A DNA stretch of 36,723 bases from an uncultured Candidatus Saccharibacteria bacterium (GTDB taxonomy: Bacteria; Patescibacteriota; Minisyncoccia; UBA10092): positions 1-36,723 of the forward strand of contig CAZKLP010000004.1 in NCBI GenBank assembly GCA_964553885.1, in the 5' to 3' direction. Numbering within the stretch: the first letter of the stretch is position 1; every line of letters starts with the position of its first letter. The translations under genes and the position numbers were made by a program. The notes below the pieces were generated by a model. The model saw only the letters and a list, made by a program, of their open reading frames with translations. It was not told where the DNA came from and made no database searches. Shown here piece after piece: positions 16,411 to 23,988 of the stretch.

Positions 16411-16842
16411 TTAAATCCCGAATTCACTTAATCCTTCCGCCAAACTCTCTGATTCTTTTTCCGCCGCAACGATATATTTATTCCACGTATTTTCACTCCA
16501 TAATTCAACTCTGTCTCCGACTCCAATTATCACAATTTCTTTTTTAAGGCCGGAATACTTTTTAAGCGGCTCAGAGATAAGAACGCGGCCCATTTCATCA
16601 ATATCAATTTCTGACGCGCCAGATAAAATAAATCTTTTAAAATTTCTGGCTTTTGTCTGTCCTAACGGAAGCTTATTGAGTTTTTCCATAAAGAGCTGCC
16701 AGTCGCGGTTGGGATAAATAAATAAACAATTATCCAAGCCCCTTGTTAAAACCGGTTTTTCTCCGAGTTCTGTCCTTAACTTTGCCGGAACCGTAACTCG
16801 GTTCTTTGAGTCCAAATTGTGCTTAAATTCGCCTAATAGCAT
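16411..16842 (-). CDS. mraZ: Transcriptional regulator MraZ
   Basis: MLLGEFKHNLDSKNRVTVPAKLR and a second SpoVT/AbrB-like repeat. Start trimmed to the ATG at 16842. Confidence 0.9.
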   Translation of the reverse strand: MLLGEFKHNLDSKNRVTVPAKLRTELGEKPVLTRGLDNCLFIYPNRDWQLFMEKLNKLPLGQTKARNFKRFILSGASEIDIDEMGRVLISEPLKKYSGLKKEIVIIGVGDRVELWSENTWNKYIVAAEKESESLAEGLSEFGI

Positions 16843-16869
16843 ATAGTTTATCAACAGATTAGCATACTT

Positions 16870-16897
16870 ATCCACAAATTTACCCACAATCTCCCAC
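16870..16897 (-). promoter_or_regulatory. Three direct GTGG[GA]-type repeats, putative MraZ boxes
   Basis: Minus strand reads GTGGGA-N4-GTGGGT-N6-GTGGAT (periods 10 and 12), 28-55 nt upstream of the mraZ ATG. A possible promoter, TTGATT-N17-TAATCT, lies just upstream. Confidence 0.5.
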
Positions 16898-16958
16898 CGG
16901 ATGATTTAAGATTATTATAATAAGAACAATTAATCAAGGGCTTAATTGTGGATAAGTT

Positions 16959-17124
16959 AAAAAGACCAGATATAACTTTCCTTGCGCACTCGGTCGCCCA
17001 GCGGCGACCTCGCTGTCCGATGAAAACGTTTTATTAGCCTCAATTCCTTGCTATAGCAAGGAATTGAGGCGAAACCATGCTAAAACGCTTTCATAAGCTT
17101 CGGAAAGTTACATCTGGTCTTTTT
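16959..17124. other. 166-nt structured palindromic element (candidate sRNA or MITE)
   Basis: A 23-bp closing stem (22 of 23 paired) joins 16959-16981 to 17102-17124. Inside are the hairpin ggtcgcc-cagc-ggcgacc (16992-17009) and a 34-nt perfect palindrome (17037-17070). No ORF. Confidence 0.6.
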
Positions 17125-17143
17125 ATAATTTGGATTGATAGGC

Positions 17144-17184
17144 AAAAAAAATACAGCCACGCAATTGCGTGGCTGTATTTTTTT
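17144..17184. terminator. Bidirectional rho-independent terminator
   Basis: A7, then atacagccacgc-aatt-gcgtggctgtat, then T6. It lies immediately downstream of the RRM gene. Confidence 0.8.
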
Positions 17185-17193
17185 CGAGATATT

Positions 17194-17511
17194 TTAATAA
17201 TCTCTTCTACCGCCACCACCCCTAAAATCCCGATTGAAACCGCCTTCTCTTCGAGGGCGCTCTTCCATCGGCCGAGCTTCGTTTACGGTAACTGATCTTC
17301 CATCAAGCTCTTTGCCGTTGAACATTTCAATAGCTTTTTGAGCTTCCTCTTCGGTAGACATTTCCACAAAACCGAATCCTTTGGAACGGCCGGACATTTT
17401 GTCAGTGATGACAACCGCCGATTCCACGGTTCCGGCTTGAGAAAATGTGTCTTTCAGGGTTTCCTGGGTTGTGTTGTATGACAACCCGCCTACATATAAT
17501 TTCTTAGCCAT
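17194..17511 (-). CDS. RRM-type RNA-binding protein with a Gly/Arg-rich tail
   Basis: RNP2 LYVGGL, RNP1 KGFGFVEM, C-terminal RGGGGRRDY. Confidence 0.9.
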   Translation of the reverse strand: MAKKLYVGGLSYNTTQETLKDTFSQAGTVESAVVITDKMSGRSKGFGFVEMSTEEEAQKAIEMFNGKELDGRSVTVNEARPMEERPRREGGFNRDFRGGGGRRDY

Positions 17512-17643
17512 TTTATTAACTATTTATTTTATAGCGTAAGTCGACCTCTCTTTGAGTATCTCCTCACACGCATACACTTCAACTTAGCTCGGTGTAAAAA
17601 ATGGCGGAATTGAAAACTCACAAGAAAAACTTACTTAAGTTCG

Positions 17644-17672
17644 AGTATACTCTTCGTCTGTTAAAATGTCAA
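17644..17672 (-). promoter_or_regulatory. Near-consensus promoter of the RRM gene
   Basis: Minus strand reads TTGACA (17667-17672), a 17-nt spacer, TATACT (17644-17649). It abuts the tRNA-Val 3' end and predicts a ~125-nt leader. Confidence 0.65.
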
Positions 17673-17744
17673 TGGGCATTGCAGGTATCGAACCTGCGGC
17701 CTCTTCGATGTGAACGAAGCGCTCTACCACTGAGCTAAATGCCC
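17673..17744 (-). tRNA. tRNA-Val (anticodon CAC)
   Basis: GGGCATT acceptor, GCTC-AGTGGTA-GAGC D arm, anticodon loop TTCACAT, GCAGG-TTCGATA-CCTGC T arm. Confidence 0.9.
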
Positions 17745-17749
17745 TGTTT

Positions 17750-18331
17750 TTATATTTTTAATTTATTGATTAATTTTTCGTGTTTAAAATCCAAGAGGTC
17801 GCGGACAAAGCGGTCGTAAATACCGTAACGATAATGAAATTCTTTGGTTGTCATAAGAGCGCAATTAATTTCTTTTCCAACTTCCGCCTCCAAATTTTTC
17901 AAAAATTTATTAAACTTCGCCGACTTAATATTATCCCCCACTATCATAAGATCGGCATGCGAGTTGTCAAAATTCACGAATATCCCAGAAATTATTGCGA
18001 GCTTTATTTTCCCCAATAATGAAATCCGCTTAATTAGTTTTTCTTTTGACGCAGGATTGGCTTTCAAAACTAATTCTTTAAGTTCGTTATAAAAATAGAA
18101 ATCTGAATTTGTTTTAAAAACATACTTGCCTTTTACTGTTTTTTGGCCTACAAATTTAATTTCTTTCAAAACCTTGAGATGTTTATTCGCAATTACCGAA
18201 CCAATATTTAACAACTTTGATATGGTTTTCGGTTCAAAACTCGTTTCTGGATTGTACAAAAACAATTTTAAAATACGCGCCCTGACAGGCGAATCAAAAA
18301 GAACGTCTAAGGTTGGCGCGGATTTTTTCAT
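17750..18331 (-). CDS. Winged-helix (ArsR-like) protein with a possible nucleotidyltransferase-like C-terminal part
   Basis: SPVRARILKLFLYNPETSFEPKTISKLLNIGSVIANKHLKVLKEIKFV; C-terminal GIFVNFDNSHADLMIVGD. Confidence 0.5.
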   Translation of the reverse strand: MKKSAPTLDVLFDSPVRARILKLFLYNPETSFEPKTISKLLNIGSVIANKHLKVLKEIKFVGQKTVKGKYVFKTNSDFYFYNELKELVLKANPASKEKLIKRISLLGKIKLAIISGIFVNFDNSHADLMIVGDNIKSAKFNKFLKNLEAEVGKEINCALMTTKEFHYRYGIYDRFVRDLLDFKHEKLINKLKI

Positions 18332-18349
18332 ATAACAGCGAAATCGCCG

Positions 18350-18730
18350 CTATTTTATTTCAACTGCCGCGCCGACGGTTTCGAGCTTCACTTTTAGCTC
18401 ATCGGCTTCGGCCTTAGGAACTCCGCTTTTAACAACTTGCGGCGCGCTGTCAACCAATTGCTTAGCCTCCTGAAGCCCCTTGCTGGTTACTTCGCGGATA
18501 ACTTTAATAACGGCAATTTTTTGCTCTCCAGCTTTTGTAAGAACCACATCAAACGCGGATTTTTCCTCCTTGTCCGCCGAAGCTTCAACGGAAGCGGAGG
18601 CCGGAGCAGCCATCATCGGCGCCGACGCCGAAACTCCGAATTTTTCTTCAAGCGCCTTAACTAATTCGGAAAGTTCAAGAACCGTAAGCTTTTCAACTTC
18701 CTCTATAATTTTATCAAATTTGTTAGACAT
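18350..18730 (-). CDS. rplL: 50S ribosomal protein L7/L12
   Basis: [26 protein letters not shown] ... Ala-rich hinge ... [19 protein letters not shown]. Confidence 0.95.
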   Translation of the reverse strand: MSNKFDKIIEEVEKLTVLELSELVKALEEKFGVSASAPMMAAPASASVEASADKEEKSAFDVVLTKAGEQKIAVIKVIREVTSKGLQEAKQLVDSAPQVVKSGVPKAEADELKVKLETVGAAVEIK

Positions 18731-18772
18731 AAATTTTATACTTTATATTGTTTATTTTCACGACCTTTTTAA

Positions 18773-18808
18773 TTTTTCAGCCATAGGCGGATCAGCCTCT
18801 GGCTGAAA
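18773..18808 (+). repeat. GC-rich twin-hairpin mini-element, copy X (rplJ 3' end and rplJ-rplL spacer)
   Basis: tttttcagccataggcggatcagcctctggctgaaa. It matches the ddl copy at 32 of 36 positions by hand alignment. It contains the last five codons and the TGA stop of rplJ, read on the opposite strand. Confidence 0.85.
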
Positions 18809-19340
18809 ATTTACCTTTTATCTGAGTTAACACATTAATTAAATCGCGCGTATTGCCGAAAAGTACATTAACCAGTTCTATAAGAGGAGAAGCAATTATG
18901 CTAACAACGCGGCCGAGCAAAATTTCACGAGACGGCAGTTTTGCTATCTCTATAATTTCTGTTTTGTCATGCCAATTAAAACCTATAAAGCCGCCTAAAA
19001 TTTTTAACGCTTCATTTCCGCCCTTGGCGGCAATTTTTGAAAACTTGAAAATAGAACTGGCCGCCGGCACCGGATCGCCATAGCTGAAAACAACCCCCAC
19101 TTGCGTTTTTAATTTATCAAGATCAATACCTTTATAATCACCTAATTTTAAAACACGGCTTATCAATGTTTTTTTAGAAACTTTATACTCGGCGCCTATT
19201 TGTTTAAGCAAACGGCGCAATTCCATTGTTTTAGCAACGGAGAGTTTATTAAAATCAACCAAAATCGCCGCCTTGGCCCGGCTAAACTTGTCGGTTAAAT
19301 CTTTCAAAATATTATCTTTTTTTTCTCGCGTAATGGCCAT
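18792..19340 (-). CDS. rplJ: 50S ribosomal protein L10
   Basis: MAITREKKDNILKDLTDKFSRAKAAILVDFNKLSVAKTMELRRLL. Start trimmed to the ATG at 19340. Confidence 0.92.
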   Translation of the reverse strand: MAITREKKDNILKDLTDKFSRAKAAILVDFNKLSVAKTMELRRLLKQIGAEYKVSKKTLISRVLKLGDYKGIDLDKLKTQVGVVFSYGDPVPAASSIFKFSKIAAKGGNEALKILGGFIGFNWHDKTEIIEIAKLPSREILLGRVVSIIASPLIELVNVLFGNTRDLINVLTQIKGKFSARG

Positions 19341-19443
19341 AAAAAAATACGAGCAAACGCCCGCAGACACAAAACACATAAATGTCTTGATAATCCTCGG
19401 AGGGGCTTCTGCCTTTTGTCTGACCGCCCTCTGTCTGCGGAAT
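19341..19443 (-). promoter_or_regulatory. ~100-nt structured 5' leader of rplJ (possible L10 autoregulatory leader)
   Basis: GC-rich hairpin-forming segment between the predicted promoter and the rplJ ATG. Not matched to a covariance model. Confidence 0.3.
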
Positions 19444-19449
19444 ACTTAA

Positions 19450-19478
19450 AGCATATTCTATATTAAAAATCTTGTCAA
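19450..19478 (-). promoter_or_regulatory. Promoter of the rplJ-rplL operon
   Basis: Minus strand reads TTGACA (19473-19478), a 17-nt spacer, TATGCT (19450-19455). Confidence 0.6.
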
Positions 19479-19488
19479 CAAAAATAAA

Positions 19489-19511
19489 ATAAGGGCTTTT
19501 ATTGCCCTTAT
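19489..19511 (-). terminator. Hairpin plus T-rich tail after the HNH-like gene
   Basis: ataagggc-N7-gcccttat, followed on the minus strand by tttatttttg. Confidence 0.6.
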
Positions 19512-19984
19512 TACTTGCCCTCCGTAGCTTTGTGCGAAGGAAGGTTATTTAACTTGAATTTTTTAACAGGAATGCCACCTTTAACATCGCTATTCAAAAC
19601 TTTTAAAAGCGCCGTAAGCTTGTCTGAATGCTCTTGCTTGTATTTGTCAGATAAATCCCATTCTTTTAAAATTTCCGCCATACCGTTAAAAGAAATATTG
19701 CCGCCAAATAAAATATCAAACAATTCTTTGTAAGCGGCATAAATATTGATGTTAAGAATGCCGTCATTACAAATTTCTTTTAAGAATTCTGATTGCTCTT
19801 CGGGAGTCCTGTTCCCAAAAATCGCGTGAAGCGCGTTATGAGATACAATAGAGGTATCCGGTAAAATCAGCCAATTGCCTAACAGTTTCCGTTTTCCCGC
19901 CCGATACGGCATAGGAACCCGGCTTTTAGGATAAACATGATGGCGATTACTATGTTTTTGGCCCAACGGATTTTCTAGACTCAA
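19511..19984 (-). CDS. Small HNH-like (beta-beta-alpha-Me) nuclease-family protein
   Basis: RHHVYPKSR ... N37 ... SHNALHAIFGN. TTG start 8 nt after GGAG, 13 nt downstream of the 782-aa ORF. Confidence 0.6.
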   Translation of the reverse strand: MSLENPLGQKHSNRHHVYPKSRVPMPYRAGKRKLLGNWLILPDTSIVSHNALHAIFGNRTPEEQSEFLKEICNDGILNINIYAAYKELFDILFGGNISFNGMAEILKEWDLSDKYKQEHSDKLTALLKVLNSDVKGGIPVKKFKLNNLPSHKATEGK

Positions 19985-19997
19985 GTTGTTCTCCGGC

Positions 19998-22346
19998 CTA
20001 TGCTCTTAAAAGTCCGAGCGAATCTTTAAACTTGTCAACATCAATTGACTTTTTAAAAGGCTCTTTAAGCATCGGCTTATTAAAATAAGCGCTTTCATCC
20101 ATATAAATCCTCTTATTGTGTGAAAGAACTTTTAAGAATATGGGACCGAAATCAAGTTTTTTCATTTTACTGCCTTCAAAAGGCGTATAAATAACCTGCG
20201 TTGCCGCTTGAACCGCGACACATTGGCCCAAATCCGGCCGCCATTTGCGAACCGTGGTCGCCACGTGGAAATTGGCAATGCCAACAACTTGAGTGCCTAA
20301 GGCGTCTAACGCTTTTTGCGCGCGCAGCGAAGTGGTATCGGCTCTGGCCATGCCAGGATGGCGAGCGCCTAAAGTTAAACCCGAAGACAATGTGTATATC
20401 GGCTCAAAATCAGGCAATTTAACAACTTTCTTATTCACTAAGTCATAAAAATCAATAACCGGAAGACTGTGAGCAACAAAAAGAGCGCTGATTTCCCGAT
20501 ATAAAATTCTTGTTAATTTATCTCGGAAAGTTTCTAAAGGCGTGGTGCCAACACTCAATGCCCATGCATCATGATTGCCATCAATATAAATAAAGACAAC
20601 AAGACAACCGTTAACTATTAATTTTAATTCTTCAGCGGTTGGTTTAACTTCGGTAAATTTTGAAAGCGCGTCTTCAAATCGTTTTTTAAATGGCTCAAAA
20701 ATGACTGTGGAAACGAGTTCTGCGGCAAAAATTTGCTGATCGGTTTCATTTAAAGCGCCGATGATTTCACCGCGATGCATTAGATCATGTTTTAAACCGG
20801 CGACAAAATCGCCCAAACCAACTAAGATTTTTACTTTTTGATTTAAAATAATTTCGGGATATTTTGAAACGAAATGCTCATAATCGGTTACCGTATAGCC
20901 GGCATGAAGACAGCCGAAGAAAAGAAATGTGTCTTCAAGATAATCTTTTGGCAGGTTGTACCTCAGCCGCTCTTGCAGCCAATCAAGATGAAAATCATAT
21001 CTTTGGGATTTGGGATTGTAAAAAAGACCGGGCCAGGTTTTTCTGGGGAGCATTTTCGGCTCTTCCAAAAACTTTATTTCCCGTTCAATAGTTTGCCGAT
21101 CAATTTCAAGCTTGTCGGCTAAAACACCGGCAGTGATGGCCCCGCGATCTTTAATAACATCAACAATTTTCTTATGAAGTTCTGAAGCGCCGTCTTTAAT
21201 GCCCGTAATAAATTGCTTCTCCTTGTGAATCAGATCTTTAAAATTCCAAAATTTTACAAAACGATTGCCGTTAACGGATTCAACAATAGCTATTCCTTCC
21301 TGATTTTCGGCGACCGTTGTCGCTTCAAGACGACAAGAAGCGGGAAGAGTTATGTACGGACGATCTTTTTCGCCGCTGGTTTTATGAATAGCGGAAGCTG
21401 AAGTCCCCACTACCCAAAGATCAGGAAGCGGCTGATCCGACTGGCCAGCCTTATCCTCAATTTCACGCTCAGCGGCCGCGCTGTGATATTTGCTCGGCAA
21501 ACGGCTCTTCATCGGACTAATTACCCAATCAATTTCACCAACGCCTTTTACCTCAAGGCGGGTGCTGCCTTCATTTTCAAGCCGAATATCGTCAGGCCTC
21601 AAAACCTGAAGTCGACGAGCGATTTCTTCACCACAGGTACTCTCATAACGTTCACTGTATGGACCGTCGTAAACCCGGCTGGTTGAAATGTAAAACCTGA
21701 CAAATTCCGGTTTATTGGGATCGACCCAAATGCTGATCGGTTTCTTAATTTTAGGAATAATAGAAGCCAACTCTTTTGCCGACTCGGTAAGAAAATGATC
21801 CATTACTTTATCTCTTAAACCCGGCTTAACCGCCTTAAAACGACGCCGTAATTCTTTTTTAATATATTCTTTACTAATAATGCCGCCGGCAATGCCATTA
21901 AAATGGTTCCCCTCTTCGACAAACTTCAGGCAATCTTGCAAAATAATACCGCTGCGGTATCCAGGTCCTTTATAGTCCCAGCGCGAAGTATAGCCGCGCC
22001 TCGTTCCGGGCCGGCGCCAAGCCTCTTCGCCAACTTCCAAAATTTCCGGATCGGACCAAGAGCGCTCTTCTTTTTTTAATTGCGCTACAAACTTTGCCTC
22101 TTCTTTTTCTTTAATTTTTTCTCTGGATTTTTTAACATCTTCTGATCTTCCGATAAATATTGCCGGCAATCTTACGCCTGAACGTTTATAAATATTATGA
22201 ACCGCAACTTGACTCTTATCTAATATTTTGCCAATATCATCGGCGCTTAAACCTTTGGCAGCTAAGGTCTTTAAAATTTTTTTTCCTTCCGGCTTTAAAT
22301 AAAAACCGGCGGGCCAGGGTTTTGGAATTTTTAATTTCTTAACCAA
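19998..22346 (-). CDS. 782-aa multidomain protein: N-terminal HTH, internal winged-helix-like segment, C-terminal calcineurin-like metallophosphoesterase
   Basis: HTH ILKTLAAKGLSADDIGKILDKSQVAVHNIYKRSG. wHTH-like ELHKKIVDVIKDRGAITAGVLADKLEIDRQTIEREIKFLEE. Phosphoesterase motifs in order: C479-L-H481, G512-D513, G590-N-H-D593 (codons 20568-20579), H663, N692-F-H694. TTG start; the start is uncertain. Confidence 0.65.
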   Translation of the reverse strand: MVKKLKIPKPWPAGFYLKPEGKKILKTLAAKGLSADDIGKILDKSQVAVHNIYKRSGVRLPAIFIGRSEDVKKSREKIKEKEEAKFVAQLKKEERSWSDPEILEVGEEAWRRPGTRRGYTSRWDYKGPGYRSGIILQDCLKFVEEGNHFNGIAGGIISKEYIKKELRRRFKAVKPGLRDKVMDHFLTESAKELASIIPKIKKPISIWVDPNKPEFVRFYISTSRVYDGPYSERYESTCGEEIARRLQVLRPDDIRLENEGSTRLEVKGVGEIDWVISPMKSRLPSKYHSAAAEREIEDKAGQSDQPLPDLWVVGTSASAIHKTSGEKDRPYITLPASCRLEATTVAENQEGIAIVESVNGNRFVKFWNFKDLIHKEKQFITGIKDGASELHKKIVDVIKDRGAITAGVLADKLEIDRQTIEREIKFLEEPKMLPRKTWPGLFYNPKSQRYDFHLDWLQERLRYNLPKDYLEDTFLFFGCLHAGYTVTDYEHFVSKYPEIILNQKVKILVGLGDFVAGLKHDLMHRGEIIGALNETDQQIFAAELVSTVIFEPFKKRFEDALSKFTEVKPTAEELKLIVNGCLVVFIYIDGNHDAWALSVGTTPLETFRDKLTRILYREISALFVAHSLPVIDFYDLVNKKVVKLPDFEPIYTLSSGLTLGARHPGMARADTTSLRAQKALDALGTQVVGIANFHVATTVRKWRPDLGQCVAVQAATQVIYTPFEGSKMKKLDFGPIFLKVLSHNKRIYMDESAYFNKPMLKEPFKKSIDVDKFKDSLGLLRA

Positions 22347-22419
22347 TTCGGCAATCTTTGTCTTTTCAATCCATTTCCCCTTTTTATTAAATTTTAAACG
22401 AGCAAATGATTTATTTCAG

Positions 22420-22449
22420 TGTATAGTTTAATTATCTATCCGTCAACAA
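22420..22449 (-). promoter_or_regulatory. Possible promoter of the 782-aa gene
   Basis: Minus strand reads TTGTTG or TTGACG, an 18- or 15-nt spacer, then TATACA. Weak. Confidence 0.3.
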
Positions 22450-22456
22450 CAAAAAT

Positions 22457-22479
22457 AAAACTCCGGTTATCGGAGTTTT
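22457..22479 (-). terminator. Rho-independent terminator of guaB
   Basis: Minus strand reads aaaactccg-ataac-cggagtttt followed by a T-run, starting 4 nt after the guaB TAG. Confidence 0.75.
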
Positions 22480-22482
22480 TGA

Positions 22483-23988
22483 CTAAATTATTTCAATATC
22501 ATGCGGCTTACTTTCTTCCCAAGCCGCTTGGCTCATGCGCACAAACTTACGATGGAAAGGTTTCTGTAAATCTTCAATTGTTGCCGCTCCGGCGTAAGTC
22601 ATTCCGGAGCGAAGGCCGCTTACTAAAGCGCCTAAAACGCGAATAAGAGGACCGCGGTAAGACACATGTCCGGTAACTCCTTCCGGTTGAATCATATCTT
22701 TAAGGCCAGATTTAATAAAATCATCCCCTTTGATACCAAGATTGACATTTAAAGAAGACATTCCCCGCACAACTTTAACTAACTTGCCATTATCATCAAT
22801 AATATCACCGGGACTTTCATCGGTGCCGGAAAATAAAGTGCCGATCATTACGGTTGAAGCGCCGCAAGCGATGGCAATTGAAATATCGCGAGGATAACGA
22901 ACTCCGCCGTCGGCAATAATCGGAATTCCATGTTTTTTCGCCTCGCGGGCACACTCCAAAATCGCCGAGACCTGCGGCACGCCAGCTCCAGCGATAATTC
23001 TTGTAGAACAAGTGGCGCCAGGACCAATGCCGATTTTTATACCATCAATACTTACGAGTTTGACGTAATCGCACACCGCTTCAAATGTGACGACGTTCCC
23101 AACAATAAGTTCGCATTTTGGAAAATTGGTTTTAATGGCTCTTGCTGTTTCTATTGGCTTTCTGGCGTGAGCATGAGCAACATCAAGAACTAAAACATCG
23201 GCGCCGGCAAGTAAAAGTTGATCTACGCGACCAAGCAAGCCGGCAACGCCTTTTTCAATACCGATAGCGGCGCCAACGCGCAGCCTGCCGTTTTCATCTT
23301 TTGTCGCGTCAGGAAAAGACGCGTAGCGAAACAAATCTTTTTTAGTCATCAGCCCAAGAAGTTCTCCGCGTTCGTTAATAAAAGGAAGTTTCCCCAAAAG
23401 CGGTTGTTCTTTGAAAACATGCTCGGCAAGTTTTTTGGCTTTTTTCTCGGTAAGCGAAATATTGTCTGTCTCTATAACGATAAGCTGTTCGCGGAGTTTC
23501 ATGTATTTGCCGACCATTTCGGAATCTTCCGCGTTTGCGATTTCATATTTTGTGATAAGGCCAAGAAATTTTTTAGAAATATCTGCATCGATAATAAGGA
23601 CGCTGTCAATCTGATGTTCCGTCATCAATTCGCGGGCGCGACTAACTGAATCGCCGGGGAAAAGCGTGTAAGGCCCCCTAATAAGACCTTCTTCGGCCGT
23701 TTTAACTTTTTTAACTTCTTCAACTTGCCTTTCAATATTCATATTTCTATGAATAATACCCATACCGCCGTATCGCGCCATGGCAATTGCCATTTTGCTT
23801 TCAGTAACGGTGTCCATATTGGCGCTTATAATCGGAATCGCCAACTTAATTTTAGCGGTAAGACGAGTCGCGGTTGTCGGCCCGCCTTCTTTTTCCGCCC
23901 GAGTCTCTAAATCCGAATATTGCGGTCTTAAACAAATATTTGAAAAAGTGAGGCCTTCTTTTATGAATTCGTCACGCCAATCGGGCAT
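22483..23988 (-). CDS. guaB: IMP dehydrogenase with a CBS pair
   Basis: GLTFSNICLRPQYSDL, CBS insert, catalytic loop GIGPGATCSTRIIAGAGVPQ. Start trimmed to the ATG at 23988, preceded by AAGGGG. Confidence 0.93.
   Translation of the reverse strand: MPDWRDEFIKEGLTFSNICLRPQYSDLETRAEKEGGPTTATRLTAKIKLAIPIISANMDTVTESKMAIAMARYGGMGIIHRNMNIERQVEEVKKVKTAEEGLIRGPYTLFPGDSVSRARELMTEHQIDSVLIIDADISKKFLGLITKYEIANAEDSEMVGKYMKLREQLIVIETDNISLTEKKAKKLAEHVFKEQPLLGKLPFINERGELLGLMTKKDLFRYASFPDATKDENGRLRVGAAIGIEKGVAGLLGRVDQLLLAGADVLVLDVAHAHARKPIETARAIKTNFPKCELIVGNVVTFEAVCDYVKLVSIDGIKIGIGPGATCSTRIIAGAGVPQVSAILECAREAKKHGIPIIADGGVRYPRDISIAIACGASTVMIGTLFSGTDESPGDIIDDNGKLVKVVRGMSSLNVNLGIKGDDFIKSGLKDMIQPEGVTGHVSYRGPLIRVLGALVSGLRSGMTYAGAATIEDLQKPFHRKFVRMSQAAWEESKPHDIEII

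Noticed and set aside
16868-16955. Two perfect DnaA boxes (TTATCCACA at 16868-16876 and TGTGGATAA at 16947-16955), considered as a possible oriC.
   Set aside because: There are only two boxes, no AT-rich unwinding element pattern and no dnaA or dnaN nearby. One box coincides with the third MraZ-type repeat. I kept this as a regulatory curiosity rather than calling it an origin.
17536-17551. 16-mer gtaagtcgacctctct in the RRM-gene leader resembles gtaggtcgacctatct (27930-27945) in the KH-gene leader at 14 of 16 positions. Both lie upstream of RNA-binding protein genes.
   Set aside because: By a rough estimate, a 14-of-16 match is expected by chance many times among all pairs of positions in a window this size. 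The shared core is just a SalI-type palindrome. There is not enough support without conservation data.
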